Assembly: GCA_030704615.1 (NCBI GenBank) | Contig: CM060731.1 | Span: forward strand, 44,640,001-44,704,000 | Direction: 5' to 3' | DNA: 64,000 nucleotides | Origin: Takakia lepidozioides | Lineage: Eukaryota > Plantae > Bryophyta | Shown: positions 38,023 to 52,278 of the stretch, in pieces | Numbering within the stretch: the first letter of the stretch is position 1 | How the letters are laid out: each line of letters opens with the position of its first letter | The notes under the pieces: model-generated | What the model saw: the letters and a program-made list of their open reading frames with translations, nothing else | What the model was told of the DNA's origin: nothing | Database searches by the model: none | Position numbers and translations under genes: made by a program

Positions 38023-38508
38023 AGTTTCCTTGGAAAGAGGGAGGGAGAGAACTTCTTCCTATTGCGAATTTTTAACCTAAGGTTCTGAGTATAGAGTTAT
38101 TCCTGGTCCAAGAAAGAGAGAGAAGGGAGATTCGGCCGAGGAGTTTCCTTGGAAAAGAGGGAGGGAGAGAACTTCTTCTTATTGCGAATTTCTAACCTAG
38201 GTTTCTGAGTATAGAGTTTTTCCTTGTCCAAGAAAGAGAGAAGGGAGATTTGGCCGAGGAGTTTCCTTGGAAAAGAGGGAGACAGGTTGGTGTCGTTGTT
38301 CCAATGTAGCATTCCTCCGAGACTGGAAGTCACAGAGTCTTTAAAGATGAGGGAACAATGCTGGTCTCGATGAGGGCTTCAGGCTGTCCTCGACCGAATC
38401 TCCCTTCTCTCTCTTTCTTGGACAAGGAAAAACTCTATACTCAGAAACCTAGGTTAGAAATTCGCAATAGGAAAAAGTTCTCTCTCTCCCTCTCTTGCTG
38501 CAAGGAAA
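38023..38508. repeat. Foldback/MITE-like element: about 119-bp unit x2.2 in tandem plus one inverted copy
   Basis: Units at 38023-38141 and 38142-38259, partial 38260-38281, inverted copy 38388-38508. (TA)n runs on both flanks. Confidence 0.8.
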
Positions 38509-40092
38509 AGGAGAGAGATATATATATAAGTATATGTATTTGGTACATAGCCACTCAAGAGTTGGATACGGAAGTTGGAGTCAGCATTAGATGTGAAAGA
38601 GTCTGGAATGGAGGAGGCACAATTTTGGAAGGCTCAATTTGATGTGTGGAATGATTGCAAGGGCTTCAACCCAAAGCTACTGGCTGCAGCAGATGTTATT
38701 GAATCGCTTCAGATGCGTTTAACGTCTTTTTTGAAGACGCAGCGTTTTTACTTTCATGCAGGGGAGTCACCTTCGGTCCCTTTGCAGCCGAATTAGCCAC
38801 TCTGTCGTACCAGAACCTGATCTGGCATCAGTCGAAGTTGACTGCCTCTGCAACTCTTGAGAACCGCTGGTGTGGTATGCCATGAGCTTTGCAGAGAGGA
38901 AATATGTTGAAGACCTTATGTTGAAGGGCTTTGACTTACCTAAAGACCAAATTGACCAAGCTATGGTAAACTTGAGAAAGGACGCAGTATATTATATTAC
39001 TTCACTGAGTTGAAGGCAGATACTCAACGGAATGACATAGCTCATGTTTTCTCAAATGCAGTTCAACAAAAAGTGTATACATCTGGGCCCATGGTAATAA
39101 GAATAGATCGTTATGTGATATTCCAAAACGGTCAGTTTCAGGGGAACGGAAAGAAAGCTTGGTCGCGATGATAGAGAATCTTTCGAACCTTTCAAACCTG
39201 CCTGGAGGCCTGGAGGTTTTGACAACTGCTTTTCCTATGCAACTTTTCTTTCTCAAGAAGCTACTGACCATGTAGCGAAGTAAGTTGCCACCATGGTCAA
39301 TGTGACGGTTGGAGTTGGAGTGTACAGTGGAATTTTTAACGGTAGTTCTGTGTTGGAGGGCGCTGCAGCATCCCAGAAGGCGTGCCGAAGGATGCGTTTG
39401 TTCAAGCATAGGTCAATTCAGTTGTAAACAGGCGAGTAGATTGGTGAGGTAAGGCTGAGGTAGACACACGAAATGGGTCTGTAGAGGAGCTTGCATCTAC
39501 TGTAACCGTGGAGTGGCTTTCCTTGTGAGCAATCCACAGTACAGTAGTAGAATGTAAACATAGCATTTTGGTACATCTTGCTGAATTGGAAACAGCTCAG
39601 TTCACAGTATTTTTTGAGTGATTAGTGAATGACTCGGTGCTGTTTCTCCTATCATGTGCCAAACACTAGCATTGTTGCAGCTCAGACACTAAGATGCAAG
39701 TTGGCATTGTGTAGACATGTAAGCATTGTCTTTCTCTCTACACTGTCGCCCCTATCATCACTTTCCATGTCCATGGGCATTGTTCTGTCCTCCACCACCA
39801 TTCTGGATGCATTCTACATTTAAGACCCACAGGTTTATTCCGTGCTTGGTCCAACCTATTGGAGCTTTGCAGTCCCCACCATCTCCATGATTTCTCGCAT
39901 TCTACATGAGCCGTTGACTCTTAGACAACCCCTTGAACAAAAGTTGTATTTGGGCTGCATGTGGAGGGCCCCCTCTCTCTTTCTCATTTCATCCTTTCTC
40001 GTCCCAAACGCTCTTTGGGCATAAAGTATCATTTGATTTTATTTCTTTCTCACGAGGCCTTCACCCTTAGACAATCGCTAGAACATTAATTG

Positions 40093-40196
40093 TGGTTTCT
40101 GGATTTGTTCCTCTCTCATGTTTTCTTCCATTTTGTCCCATAAGCTCTACGAGCTTTCCGCGGACGTTATAAAGCACCATTTCATTTCATTTCATT
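40093..40196 (+). mobile_element. Short (CATTT)n-tailed element copy, opposite orientation
   Basis: ttttgtcccataagctctacgagctttccgcggacgttataaagcac(cattt)3. Confidence 0.8.
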
Positions 40197-41645
40197 CTCC
40201 ATAAAATCTTGTAACCCAGCTTGCTAGCCTGCTGAGGGGACATAAGTGAGCAAGCAATCTGGCTGTAAAGATCTGATGTGTGGATTCTTCGGTTGGAGCA
40301 TATGTTACAGTTTTACAGTAAGCTAGCAACACCAAGGCTTTGTTGAAGTTTCCATCCACAAGTTTGGGCGAGCGCTCCCAATACTATAAGAATTGTCAAG
40401 GTTCAGTGACATCTATCAGGGATGTATTCTTCCCAGTGTTTTGGGTCAACTTCTGTTGCAACTGGAGACTTTGCAGGCAACAGGATTCAGAGTATGCCTA
40501 ATAGCTGGAGTCTGCTTGGTAATGTCTTAACCATCTGTTCTTTCCAACTCAGGCTGATGGGTGGGATAAGATTGTTGGACTCAGAGAACCCAAGTAGTGG
40601 AGGATGGTACCAAGAATTGAGGAATTTATCCCTGAATCTGGGAATGGCTGCACAACCATCCAAGTGGATTACCAGAGAGACAGACAGTTGTACCAAGCTG
40701 GGGCAAACAAATGCAAGCATTTCCTTGACAGCTATGCGCTTCTTTCACTTCACCCTGGTGTTATAGTCCTCTTTCCATTGCCCAGGCCATGATGTTTACA
40801 GTGGATAGTTGTGGTCTAGATGTGCACACTACCACCAGCAGGCCCTTTGCCTTACCCCTCTCTTCATGCCTTTCCAGTGAAGACATCATTGAGGACATCC
40901 ATTCCCCTTTTACATGAGAGCAAATGACTAGAATTTTCCAGTGAACTTGAATTTGGCAGCACATTTGGCAGTAACTTGTGGAAACTGAAAGGGCCAACAT
41001 AACCCATGCAATCCAGAAAATTGGGTGCAAATGACTCTCCTCTGGCAAGTGTCATGAGAGCCTGGTCTGTAGCATTCTAGCATTTAGACGAGTGACAGTG
41101 TATAACCGTGTCAGGCACATATCACAGTATTTCAACCTGAGTTCCTTTATTTGTCAACTTGCTCCATTGGACTGAACAACAGCACCAAAAAGCACACAAG
41201 GAGAAGACAGAAGATGCTATAGAGAAGGCCTACAAGGCAATGTTGAATTCTGTAGACATTGTCCGTCAGTTGTGTTCAATATGTTGACCTCTCCCTAAGT
41301 ATTTGTTCAGCAAATTTGTAGTGGAAGAAATGAGACTCTGATCTCTTCTTGACTTCATATGGTGCAAATTCCTTTTGTTACAATCTCAGAAACAACATGT
41401 GAAATGAATCGAGTACCTGACATGGCGCTGAGAGAGCCAGCCTGGAAATTTCGATGTAGGCAATACAGAGTGCTTAAGAAAAATAACAACAAATTAGCCC
41501 TGCCCTCAACAGAGTCCACCGCCGGTAGGGCAAATAGCCACCTTAGTGGTGAAGTGACTCTTAGGAGTTTCTCATTCCAATTCAAGAGGCAAACTTACTC
41601 AGACCCATGGGTGCCAACAGTCTCTTCGTCTCTCTGCTGATTCTC

Positions 41646-43422
41646 CTACAATTGCAATTGGGATGCACACATCCGGAAAGTTGTTCAAACTGGCAAGGGC
41701 AAAGCTCTGGGGCTCACTAAAGTTTTCCACTGCAGAGGGGTCAACTCTGACATTATTAGACCTGCCTTGGAGTACGGATCTGCTATATGGGTTGATAACT
41801 CCAACCAGGCTAAGTCTCTAGAATCCATTCAAGTGGGGGTGCTTAAGGAGTGTATGTCAGCATGCTCCAAAACAGCCAATGTGGCTGTTCGGGGTGAGTT
41901 TGGCATTCCGTCCTTAAGCTCCCGACGAGATGAATTCAAGGTCAGATGGTGGGGTCAGCTGCAACATATGCCTAACACCAGATATCCTAAGTTAATCGAC
42001 TCTATATCTTGGAAACAGGACCGCCCTGTCAAACACGCTAAGTCCTGGCAGAAGAGAGGAGAAGAGATTCTCAAGGACCTGGACCTGGATCCGCAAGTCT
42101 TGACCCTGCTGGATAAATCTGACTTAGAGGCTGTAGTGTCCAAAGCCATGTCTGTTGCCATGAGATTGTCTGATGAAAATGAAGTTAGGCAGAAAACTTC
42201 CCTGAACTTGTTTCCAGTCTGTGACATGGGGGAGGACATCTTGGATGACCTCAAGGGTCTACCCACTCTCGGCACTAGACTGAAATTTAAACTCAGGGCA
42301 GGAAGCCTACCTTTGAACAGCAAACAGAAGCAGAGAGGAAAGGGAGAGTGCAATTGCCCGCTGTGTGGGCAATCTGAAGACAGTATTCATTTTCTGATAC
42401 ACTGTCCGGGGTTCTCTCACCAAAGAGACGCTCTCTTCAACTCTATCAAGGGAATTGTGCCTGTTCCCCTGTTTAACAATTTTGAAAGTCTCGAGGCTGA
42501 GCCAAAAGCCCAGGCCCTTCTGAGGCCTAGTTTTTGGCAAATCACACACAGCAGATTGATGCTTGTGTGAAGGGATTTCTAGAGGATATCTGGAAAACCT
42601 GGATTAATTCTATATATGATGGTAAGTCACACTACCAACGTCAGCCCCTGACAGAGGTAGGTTCTGTCCCTTTTGTTCCCGCTCAAACTGGGCGCGGGGT
42701 TAATGGCCACAAGGCTACGGCAAACAACGTCTTATGAGTACAATCTCACTCCCTTCTCAAGGACCTGGACCTGGAACCGCAAGTCTTGACCCTGCTGGAT
42801 AAATCTGACTTAGAGGCTGTAGTGTCCAAAGCCATGTCTGTTGCCATGAGATTGTCTGATGAAAATGAAGTTAGGCAGAAAACTTCCCTGAACTTGTTTC
42901 CAGTCAGTGACATGGGGGAGGACATCTTGGATGACCTCAAGGGTCTACCCACTCTCGGCACTAGACTGAAATTTAAACTCAGGGCAGGAAGCCTACCTTT
43001 GAACAGCAAACAGAAGCAGAGAGGAAAGGGAGAGTGCAATTGCCCGTTGTGCGGGCAATCTGAAGACAGTATTCATTTTCTGATACACTGTCCGGGGTTC
43101 TCTCACCAAAGAGACGCTCTCTTCAAATCTATTAAGGGAATTGTGCCTGTACCCCTGTTTACCAACTTTGAAAGTCTCGAGGCTGAGCCAAAAGCCCAGG
43201 CCCTACTGAAGCCTAGTTTTTGGGCAAATCACACACAGCAGATTGATGCTTGTGTGAAGGGATTTCTAGAGGATATCTGGAAAACCCGGATTAATTCAAG
43301 GTAAGTCTTACTACCAACGTCAGCCCCTGACAGAGGTAGGTTCTGTCCCTTTTGTTTCCGCTCAAACTGGGCGCGGGGTCAATGGCCACAAGGCTACGGC
43401 AAACAACGTCTTATGAGTACAA
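41646..43422 (+). mobile_element. Head-to-tail dimer of 5'-truncated RTE/RTEX-like LINE 3' ends (41646-42743 and about 42755-43422)
   Basis: Both units near-identical to the 47522-49238 copy and both end ttatgagtacaa. 15-bp TSD TCTCTGCTGATTCTC at 41631-41645 and 43423-43437. Confidence 0.92.
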
Positions 43423-43982
43423 TCTCTGCTGATTCTCTCTTCTACTGTCCTTCATTTTTTGCTTCTATGTTTCCACCTTGGCCTTTCATCAGCTCTTAGG
43501 AAATTTACTTTTCCTCTATCAGAATCTGGTTTTTTTTCTACTCGGTCTCCCCCGATCATCTATTTTAGAAAGAGATTATCTTCATTTTATTTCTCAATAT
43601 GTCAATTTAACAATAAGAAGCAGCTTTGCCAAGTGTGAATTGCTTGCGGGCGGCTGCACTGTTGAAGCCTGATCTTGCACGGTTTGCTTTGACACCAGCT
43701 CAATGGCGATCGAAGGTTCTTCACGAGGGTGAAAATAGAAAGAGCGAGGGAAGGAGAGTGCAAAATGTTCTGTGTTCTGGACACTTCGATCCGAGACTGG
43801 TGTAGTTGGCCTTGAAAAGTAGTTTTGTAGCATGTCATGAAGGGTGGCTAATGAAGGTGAAACGCGCGACAAGTGTGTGAGTCACTGGCAGTACGTAATC
43901 AATTCACTTCTAGTAAGTATGGCTACTTGTCTGCGACACCTTATATGCGTGTCCCTTCCCATGGTCTCTACAAGTTTCGTGA

Positions 43983-45438
<1,456 letters not shown>

Positions 45439-46189
45439 TTGTCAAATTGTCAAATGTAAACCCACATTTATCTCATAATTCTAATATTGTGGGCAAAAAG
45501 TGCTATCCCAATTTATGGAAGATGAATTAATTGCACTTTATCTTTCGGTGCTCATGCTACTACCATATCCAATTGTTCATCTTTGCTGAGTTTCATGTGA
45601 CCTCCTGAAAACTACATAAGATTTCTTCGCCTTGCAGCCTTTGGTAGCATTCAACTTGTTCTCCATTGCAATTAAAAATTGGCAGTTCTTTGAAATCCTA
45701 TGATGTATTTGGAACTCCCATAGCAAACGTAGCTATAGTGAGTTTATATTGTCTGGTGAGATTTCCGAAATCCTGTAAATACCACATACAGTGGATGAGA
45801 AATAATCACACTAACACAATGTTATTGAAGTAATACATAGTTGTTAAAATCCATCTTACCACTTGATGTTTGCTTTCTATTGTACATTTTCTCTGTGTTT
45901 GAGATGTTTGCCCTTTCTCTACTTTCGGGTATCATCCGATTTGCAGTTCTCCAAGAATGCTACATCAAACAGAGATATAAACTGTAAGAAAACAAATAAT
46001 TCTAGTAGAGCAGGAATAGGGTGCCAAAGTGCCACGTCATCATCACCACATCACCATCACCACATCATCGTCGTCAACTGTTTTGGAATCTGCCAGAGAT
46101 GCCCAAAACTAAGCGGTGTGTTGCAACGCGGGGAAGGGATGACGATGTCCCCCGCATGCTTGAGTGAGGAGGGGTTTTACACCGATCTG

Positions 46190-46700
46190 GAATTTGCACG
46201 ATGGTGGAACAACCGCAATCGCAAGGTGTGGCTCTTAATGTAGGATGTGAAGAAGTTTGTCCATCCTGCAAATGTGGCTCTTGGCTCCTGTCATGACCCT
46301 CTCCATCATTTGGTATTCTTCCTGATGTTTACAAGGTTCTTGGGAGAGTCAGCTTGGTCTTAGCAGGTCGTGTTTCAATCTCCGCCTGCTTAGCTGCACC
46401 ATGGTGGTTCGCACATACCAAACCGACATTACCTGACTACAGACACAAGCAGCACACACGAGGTCCTTTTGGGTTGATGGTGGTTAAATCCCCCATGGGT
46501 CATGACACAAGGTCAAGGACAATGTGGTGAGGGCACCTTCTTCTTTGACCTATTTCAGCCTGTTCATCAGACTCGGCCCTTACAAGTTACTGCCGATGTG
46601 GCAGCAGTAAAGTATCCAAAAAAAGATAACAGAGATGAGGAGAAGCTTTGGAATGAACACTTTTCTCACCCCAGTCAATGGTGGGACAATGGAGACAAGT
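46190..46700 (+). pseudogene. Degenerate fragment with OSB-type PDF motifs (organellar ssDNA-binding)
   Basis: WWNNRNRK, KPTLPDYRHK....WVDG..NPPWV and EEKLWNEHFSHPSQWWDN, frameshifted. Confidence 0.6.
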
Positions 46701-46855
46701 ATCGTCCGCGGCGGTAGGAGGGACGTTTGTAAACTTTGATAAATTCCCTCCACTCCCTCTCTCCTCTCTCAACTCATTTCCATTTCAAATTATGGAAGTA
46801 AAAGTATGAGCTACATCAATTGCGCAGGTAGAGCTGTCAGAATGGTGCAGGCCTC

Positions 46856-49800
46856 TTATGCATAGACCACTGGCTTCAGTACTCCCACATATGGAAGACT
46901 CCGGAATCGTTCAGCAAAGTCCATTCCATATCCGACTACAAAACTGTCCGGACACTGCCAAAGCGAACAACAAAAACCATATGTACTATGTCAATAATTT
47001 ACATTCGGGCCCACTGCACCCGGGTTGGGCACATCTGAACCTGCATCACTGTTCTCCTGGGAGAAACCCACCCCTCCCTTGGTCCCTTGGCTACTTCTAC
47101 ATTCACTCAAACTGGCTTTGGCTGCCATCTTCTAATATTTTGAAGAGAAGAGGCAAGACCCCAAATTAAACTTTATTTCGTGATACACTCTGCTGCGAAA
47201 TGCCACAAAGGCCAAAGGCCCACATAGAAACTTGGCTAGCATTCCAGATCAGCCAAGAGTCTGAGCATGCACACAACATGAAGACACATCTGACAAGTAA
47301 AAAACACTGACCCAAGAAACAGATGCTCCCACACCAGCACCACAGGTATGTTAAACCAGTCGGCCCACTAAAGATAGCAATAGGACCCAAAATGGCTTTC
47401 AGGAAAGACTACTGACAGGAGGTAGCAGCCTCAAGGATACACGCCCTTCCTGAGACTTGGTGTAGGATTGCTCCTGTAGGATTGCTCCTGCCAAAGATCT
47501 CTCTCTCTCTCTCTCTCTGCTTCGGCGAAACAGGGGCTGTGTGGATCATATCTTCACTCTAAGCCAGATTATCCAGGGAAGGAAAAAAGAAGGGAAACCC
47601 ACACTTGTCTTTTTCCTGGATGTCAAAAAGGCTTATGACACAGTGTGGAGAGATGGCCTATGGTTCCGCCTCTGGTCTTGTGGGATCAAGGGAAAGATGT
47701 GGAGAGTTGTCCACAACTTGTATGCTCACACCAAAAGCTGTGTCACTGTTAACGGACAGAAGTCCAACTTCTTTGACATAGACCAAGGTGTAGCTCAAGG
47801 ATGTACTCTCTCCCCTTTGCTCTTCAATGTTTTCATCAATCAACTCCTGGAGGATGTGGAAAGTGAGGGATTTGGGTTAAGGGTGGGTGATACCACCATA
47901 CCAGCCCTTATGTTTGCGGATGACTTCGCAGGCATAGGGGAGACTCCAACCAATCTCCAGGAGTTCATTGATTGCGTGAAGAGATACTTTGATCTTTGGG
48001 GGCTAGAGGCTAATGTCAGCAAATGTGCAGTGGTAGCATTCAACGACAGAGGAGAGGGAGGAAGTGATCTTAAGTGGCAGTGGGGTAGCCAAGAGATCCC
48101 GGTCCTCCCTTCCTACACTTACCTGGGCGTTGAGTTCTCCTCCAATTGTAATTGGGATGCACATATCCGGAAAGTTGTTCAAACTGGCAAGGGCAAAGCT
48201 CTGGGGCTCACTAAATTTTTCCACTGCAGAGGGGTCAACTCTGACATTATTAGACCTGCCTTGGAGTACGGATCTGCTATATGGGTTGATAACTCCAACC
48301 AGGCTAAGTCTCTAGAATCCATTCAAGTGGGGGTGCTTAAGGAGTGTATGTCAGCATGCTCCAAAACGGCCAATGTGGCTGTTCGGGGTGAGTTTGGCAT
48401 TCCGTCCTTAAGCTCCCGACGAGATGAATTCAAGGTCAGATGGTGGGGTCAGCTGCAACATATGCCCAACACCAGATATCCTAAATTAATCGACTCTATA
48501 TCTTGGAAACAGGACCGCCCTGTCAAACAGGCTAAGTCCTGGCAGAAGAGAGTAGAAGAGATCCTCAAGGACCTGGACCTGGATCCGCAAGTCTTGACCC
48601 TGCTGGATAAATCTGACTTAGAGGCTGTAGTGTCCAAAGCCATGTCTGTTGCCATGAGATTGTCTGATGAAAATGAAGTTAGGCAGAAAACTTCCCTGAA
48701 CTTGTTTCCAGTCTGTGACATGGGGGAGGACATCTTGGATGACCTCAAGGGTCTACCCACTCTCGGCACTAGACTGAAATTTAAACTCAGGGCAGGAAGC
48801 CTACCTTTGAACAGCAAACAGAAGCAGAGAGGAAAGGGAGAGTGCAATTGCCCGTTGTGTGGGCAATCTGAAGACAGTATTCATTTTCTGATACACTGTC
48901 CGGGGTTCTCTCACCAAAGAGACGCTCTCTTCAAATCTATCAAGGGAATTGTGCCTGTACCCCTGTTTACCAACTTTGAAAGTCTCGAGGCTGAGCCAAA
49001 TGCCCAGGCCCTCCTGAGGCCTAGTTTTTGGGCAAATCACACACAGCAGATTGATGCTTGTGTGAAGGGATTTCTAGAGGATATCTGGAAAACCCGGATT
49101 AATTCTTTATATGGAGGTAAGTCTTACTACCAACGTCAGCCCCTGACAGAGGTAGGTTCTGTCCCTTTTGTTCCCGCTCAAACTGGGCGCGGGGTCAATG
49201 GCCACAAGGCTACGGCAAACAACGTCTTATGAGCACATTCTCTCTTTCTGCTGTTTGCTTTCTGTGGTTCTGTGGTTCTGTGTTGTTGTACTTGTGCCTT
49301 GGGGGCCTTGGCCTCCTGCCAAGTTGTGAATTTCTGTGTCTTTCTCCTTTTCACTATCGAGACCTCAAGAGCTCAGGAGGCACTCCATCTCCAAGCAACA
49401 TCTGGGTGTATCTGAGGTTGTTTTGGTTTTCTCTTCTTATTCTACTGTCTACCATAGGCCTGTCTCTGACAAATTTCTCCTTCAGTCTAGACCTACAGGA
49501 TCCAATGGCCCATGCGAGATCCTGTACACCTCATAGATTCTTTTTCTCTCTCCGAGCTTCCCATAAAGTCTCTTTCTATTGTGAAATTGGGTGCTAGAAA
49601 CCCCCATGGTGTTTCGAATCATAATGTCTATGCCATCCTACATCAATTTCCTGTGCCGTGTTGATTAGCTGAATGAATTATACCTTGGGGGGCTGTTCAT
49701 AGGCTCTGGGGGGGTTAGTTCTCTGTAGAATATGCTCGTAGAAGTACGCTCCTTGAGGAACTCATAGCCAATGTCCGCACTTTCTCACCTAAAAGCTACA

Positions 49801-51580
49801 TCTAACAACTACATCTCTCTGCCATGTTCCTTTCGTGCACACCAGATCCACACATATTTTGGGCTAGTTGCTTTGTATCCCCCTAAAGACTATGCTCGTA
49901 AAGACACATAAGAGCCAAACATTACCAGCAATGGCCAATAGGGAGATTCTCACCTTAATATGCAGGAACCCTATCTTCAGCACTGACATGATATTCAAAC
50001 CAATCATGGTGACCAACAGATTGTGACTCATTGGATATACCTCAAAGCCTACATAGTACTTGCCCCCACCAGATAATTGAAGAGGCACGATCCGCCGGGA
50101 CACTTTGTCAAGCAGAACACATACTGAAACAGATGCTGCCCCTTTGACCGCCAAATGAGCTACAAGCTTCGATAAAGTAACGCCAGTGTCAATGATATCC
50201 TCCACCTGTGGTCCAACAATAATTGTCCAACCAAAAACCTCTGAAGCGATTTGAGCTCAGCCAATTTGGTGCCTCACTGCTGAAGTAAGTGGCTTGCAAG
50301 GTAGGGCAAAACTAAAAGCACAAAGCATGGGATAGAAGTCTGTGACAAAGGGGGAAACGAAAAGGAAGTAACAAACAAATAATGTTATGACATCCACAAA
50401 AGCACTCATTGGATGAGTCAAGAAAGACCAGAACGACATAGGTTCACAACGCACACAGAAAGCGGATGGGACAGGAGAGATATAGAGAGAGGTCTGCACC
50501 ACAACAACATGCATGTCCAATAAGTCAAGCTTGCAGTCAGTGGAGATGGTGGCAACTCCGCTAGATTTGGTGTCTTTCCCGTAGGATTGCACGCGCACAA
50601 AGTCGACCCCCACTGGCTCTGTTATATTCCTTACCAAATCTGCCACAAACATGAAGGCCCCAGTCGCCACCTGCATGCATTCCCGCATAAAAAAAAGAGC
50701 CAATTCGTCCAAACTATCACCTGCTGAAATCCAAATCTGTTATGTCTCCATTAAGTGAAAGTCGTGCTCGCTAAACAACTGTTTCATATAGTGCCGAACA
50801 CCCCTCGAATCAACACTCTTTCAACCCCGTCACCCAATGCTATTATCTGTGGGTTAGCACGGTCGTAATGGTGTTTACAGAGAACGGTCAAAGAGCACAT
50901 CGTTGGCAACCACACTGACGGTTGAGCAAGCATGGTAAAAATACGGAAACCACCAAGAAGACTAAAATCCTAAAGCAAACCCCGGGCTTTTCAGACTCCT
51001 TAATGAAAAACTGGTTTAACGCAGGGGTGCGAATCCTTTTCCTCAGACACAAATGGATCACTCTCTTCGGAAAATAGGGTAGATTTGAATATATACAGCT
51101 GCAGACACCATATATATTACGAAGTTCTTTAGAAAAGAAATGTCCACTAAAACAAGTGCTGACTTATATATACTTAACCAATCTTTCCCATTGTAGGAAA
51201 CGCAGACAAAATGCGCACTAGCTTTCAGTTCCTCTACAAATTTTCCCAGGAAGAGTCCAATGCTCTCGAGTTCTGAGAAATGCTGCAACTTCCTTTTCGT
51301 AAAATTACGCCAACCAACAGAATCGCCCCAAAGAACTCTCTCCCTCACACACATACACACACACATACCCGCACAAAGAGCCAGTGAAAAATTGGCCAGA
51401 GAAACCCCTCAGTTCAAAGACAGAAACAACCAAAGGGGCACATTACAAGAAGCATACCCCGATCACAATCAGAGGAAGCCCCCCGAAGTCATGCGAGATG
51501 GAGCGCCCCAGCTCCGCCACGCGCTGCTGGATCTGGTCCGCACTCCACAGCACTCTCTCCACCAACTCGTCCTCCTTCAT
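46856..51580 (-). CDS. HGPT: Hypoxanthine-guanine phosphoribosyltransferase, 185 aa. Exons 51580-51458, 50670-50500, 50205-50041, 46954-46856
   Basis: [29 protein letters not shown] motif, [26 protein letters not shown]. All exons join at phase 0 with GT-AG. Confidence 0.95.
47522..49238 (+). mobile_element. 5'-truncated RTE/RTEX-like LINE (RT plus C-terminal CCHC), antisense in HGPRT intron 3
   Basis: Open 563-aa frame with [42 protein letters not shown]...HFLIHC. 14-bp TSD with 1 mismatch (47508-47521 and 49239-49252). Confidence 0.93.
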
Positions 51581-52278
51581 CGCTGCCCTGCCACTCTCTT
51601 CCTGTCTTCTCTACACGACCTCATCTCTCTCTAACCCATTCATTCGCCGGGAGCTCCCATCCACAAACATTCATCCTACTCAGTCCTCTTACTTTCCGTG
51701 TGTTGTTTTCTTGTTGGTATGTCTCTGATCAACCGACTCATGCAGAACATAGTAAGCCATGGTCTGTCTGACTGCTCCGTTATATGTTGCAGATTGAAAA
51801 ATCACTAGCTATGTGCCAACGTTCTCAGTTACCAACATCAGAATAGGGATGCACATTTGGGTCCGAGTCACACAATCATTGAATAGAGAACCTGAGAAGG
51901 ATCAAATTCTGCACATGAGATCTTTGGAGTAAAGGCGTGACTAAAGGAGAGACTAGAGCAATAAAAATACATTTTGCACATACATGCCAAGCCTGTAATT
52001 ATGTTGTCAGTAGGGTGCCCAAGTGCGCAGCACCCAGGAAGCTCTGACAGCACTGCATCATCAACCATTGGACTGGGGATCTACCCTGTCACAAAAAATC
52101 TCTCTCAGGATCCATCTCTTGATCAAGCTACAATCCTGCTTCTCTCTTAGTGTACTGCACATGGTTAAATGTATACGAGTACACGCCATCTATGCCAAAT
52201 GGAGCCTGCAGTATTGGCACTATCGTTTCAAGAGGTCAACAATTCAACTGTTGGAAGTGAATCAATCACAAACTTAGT

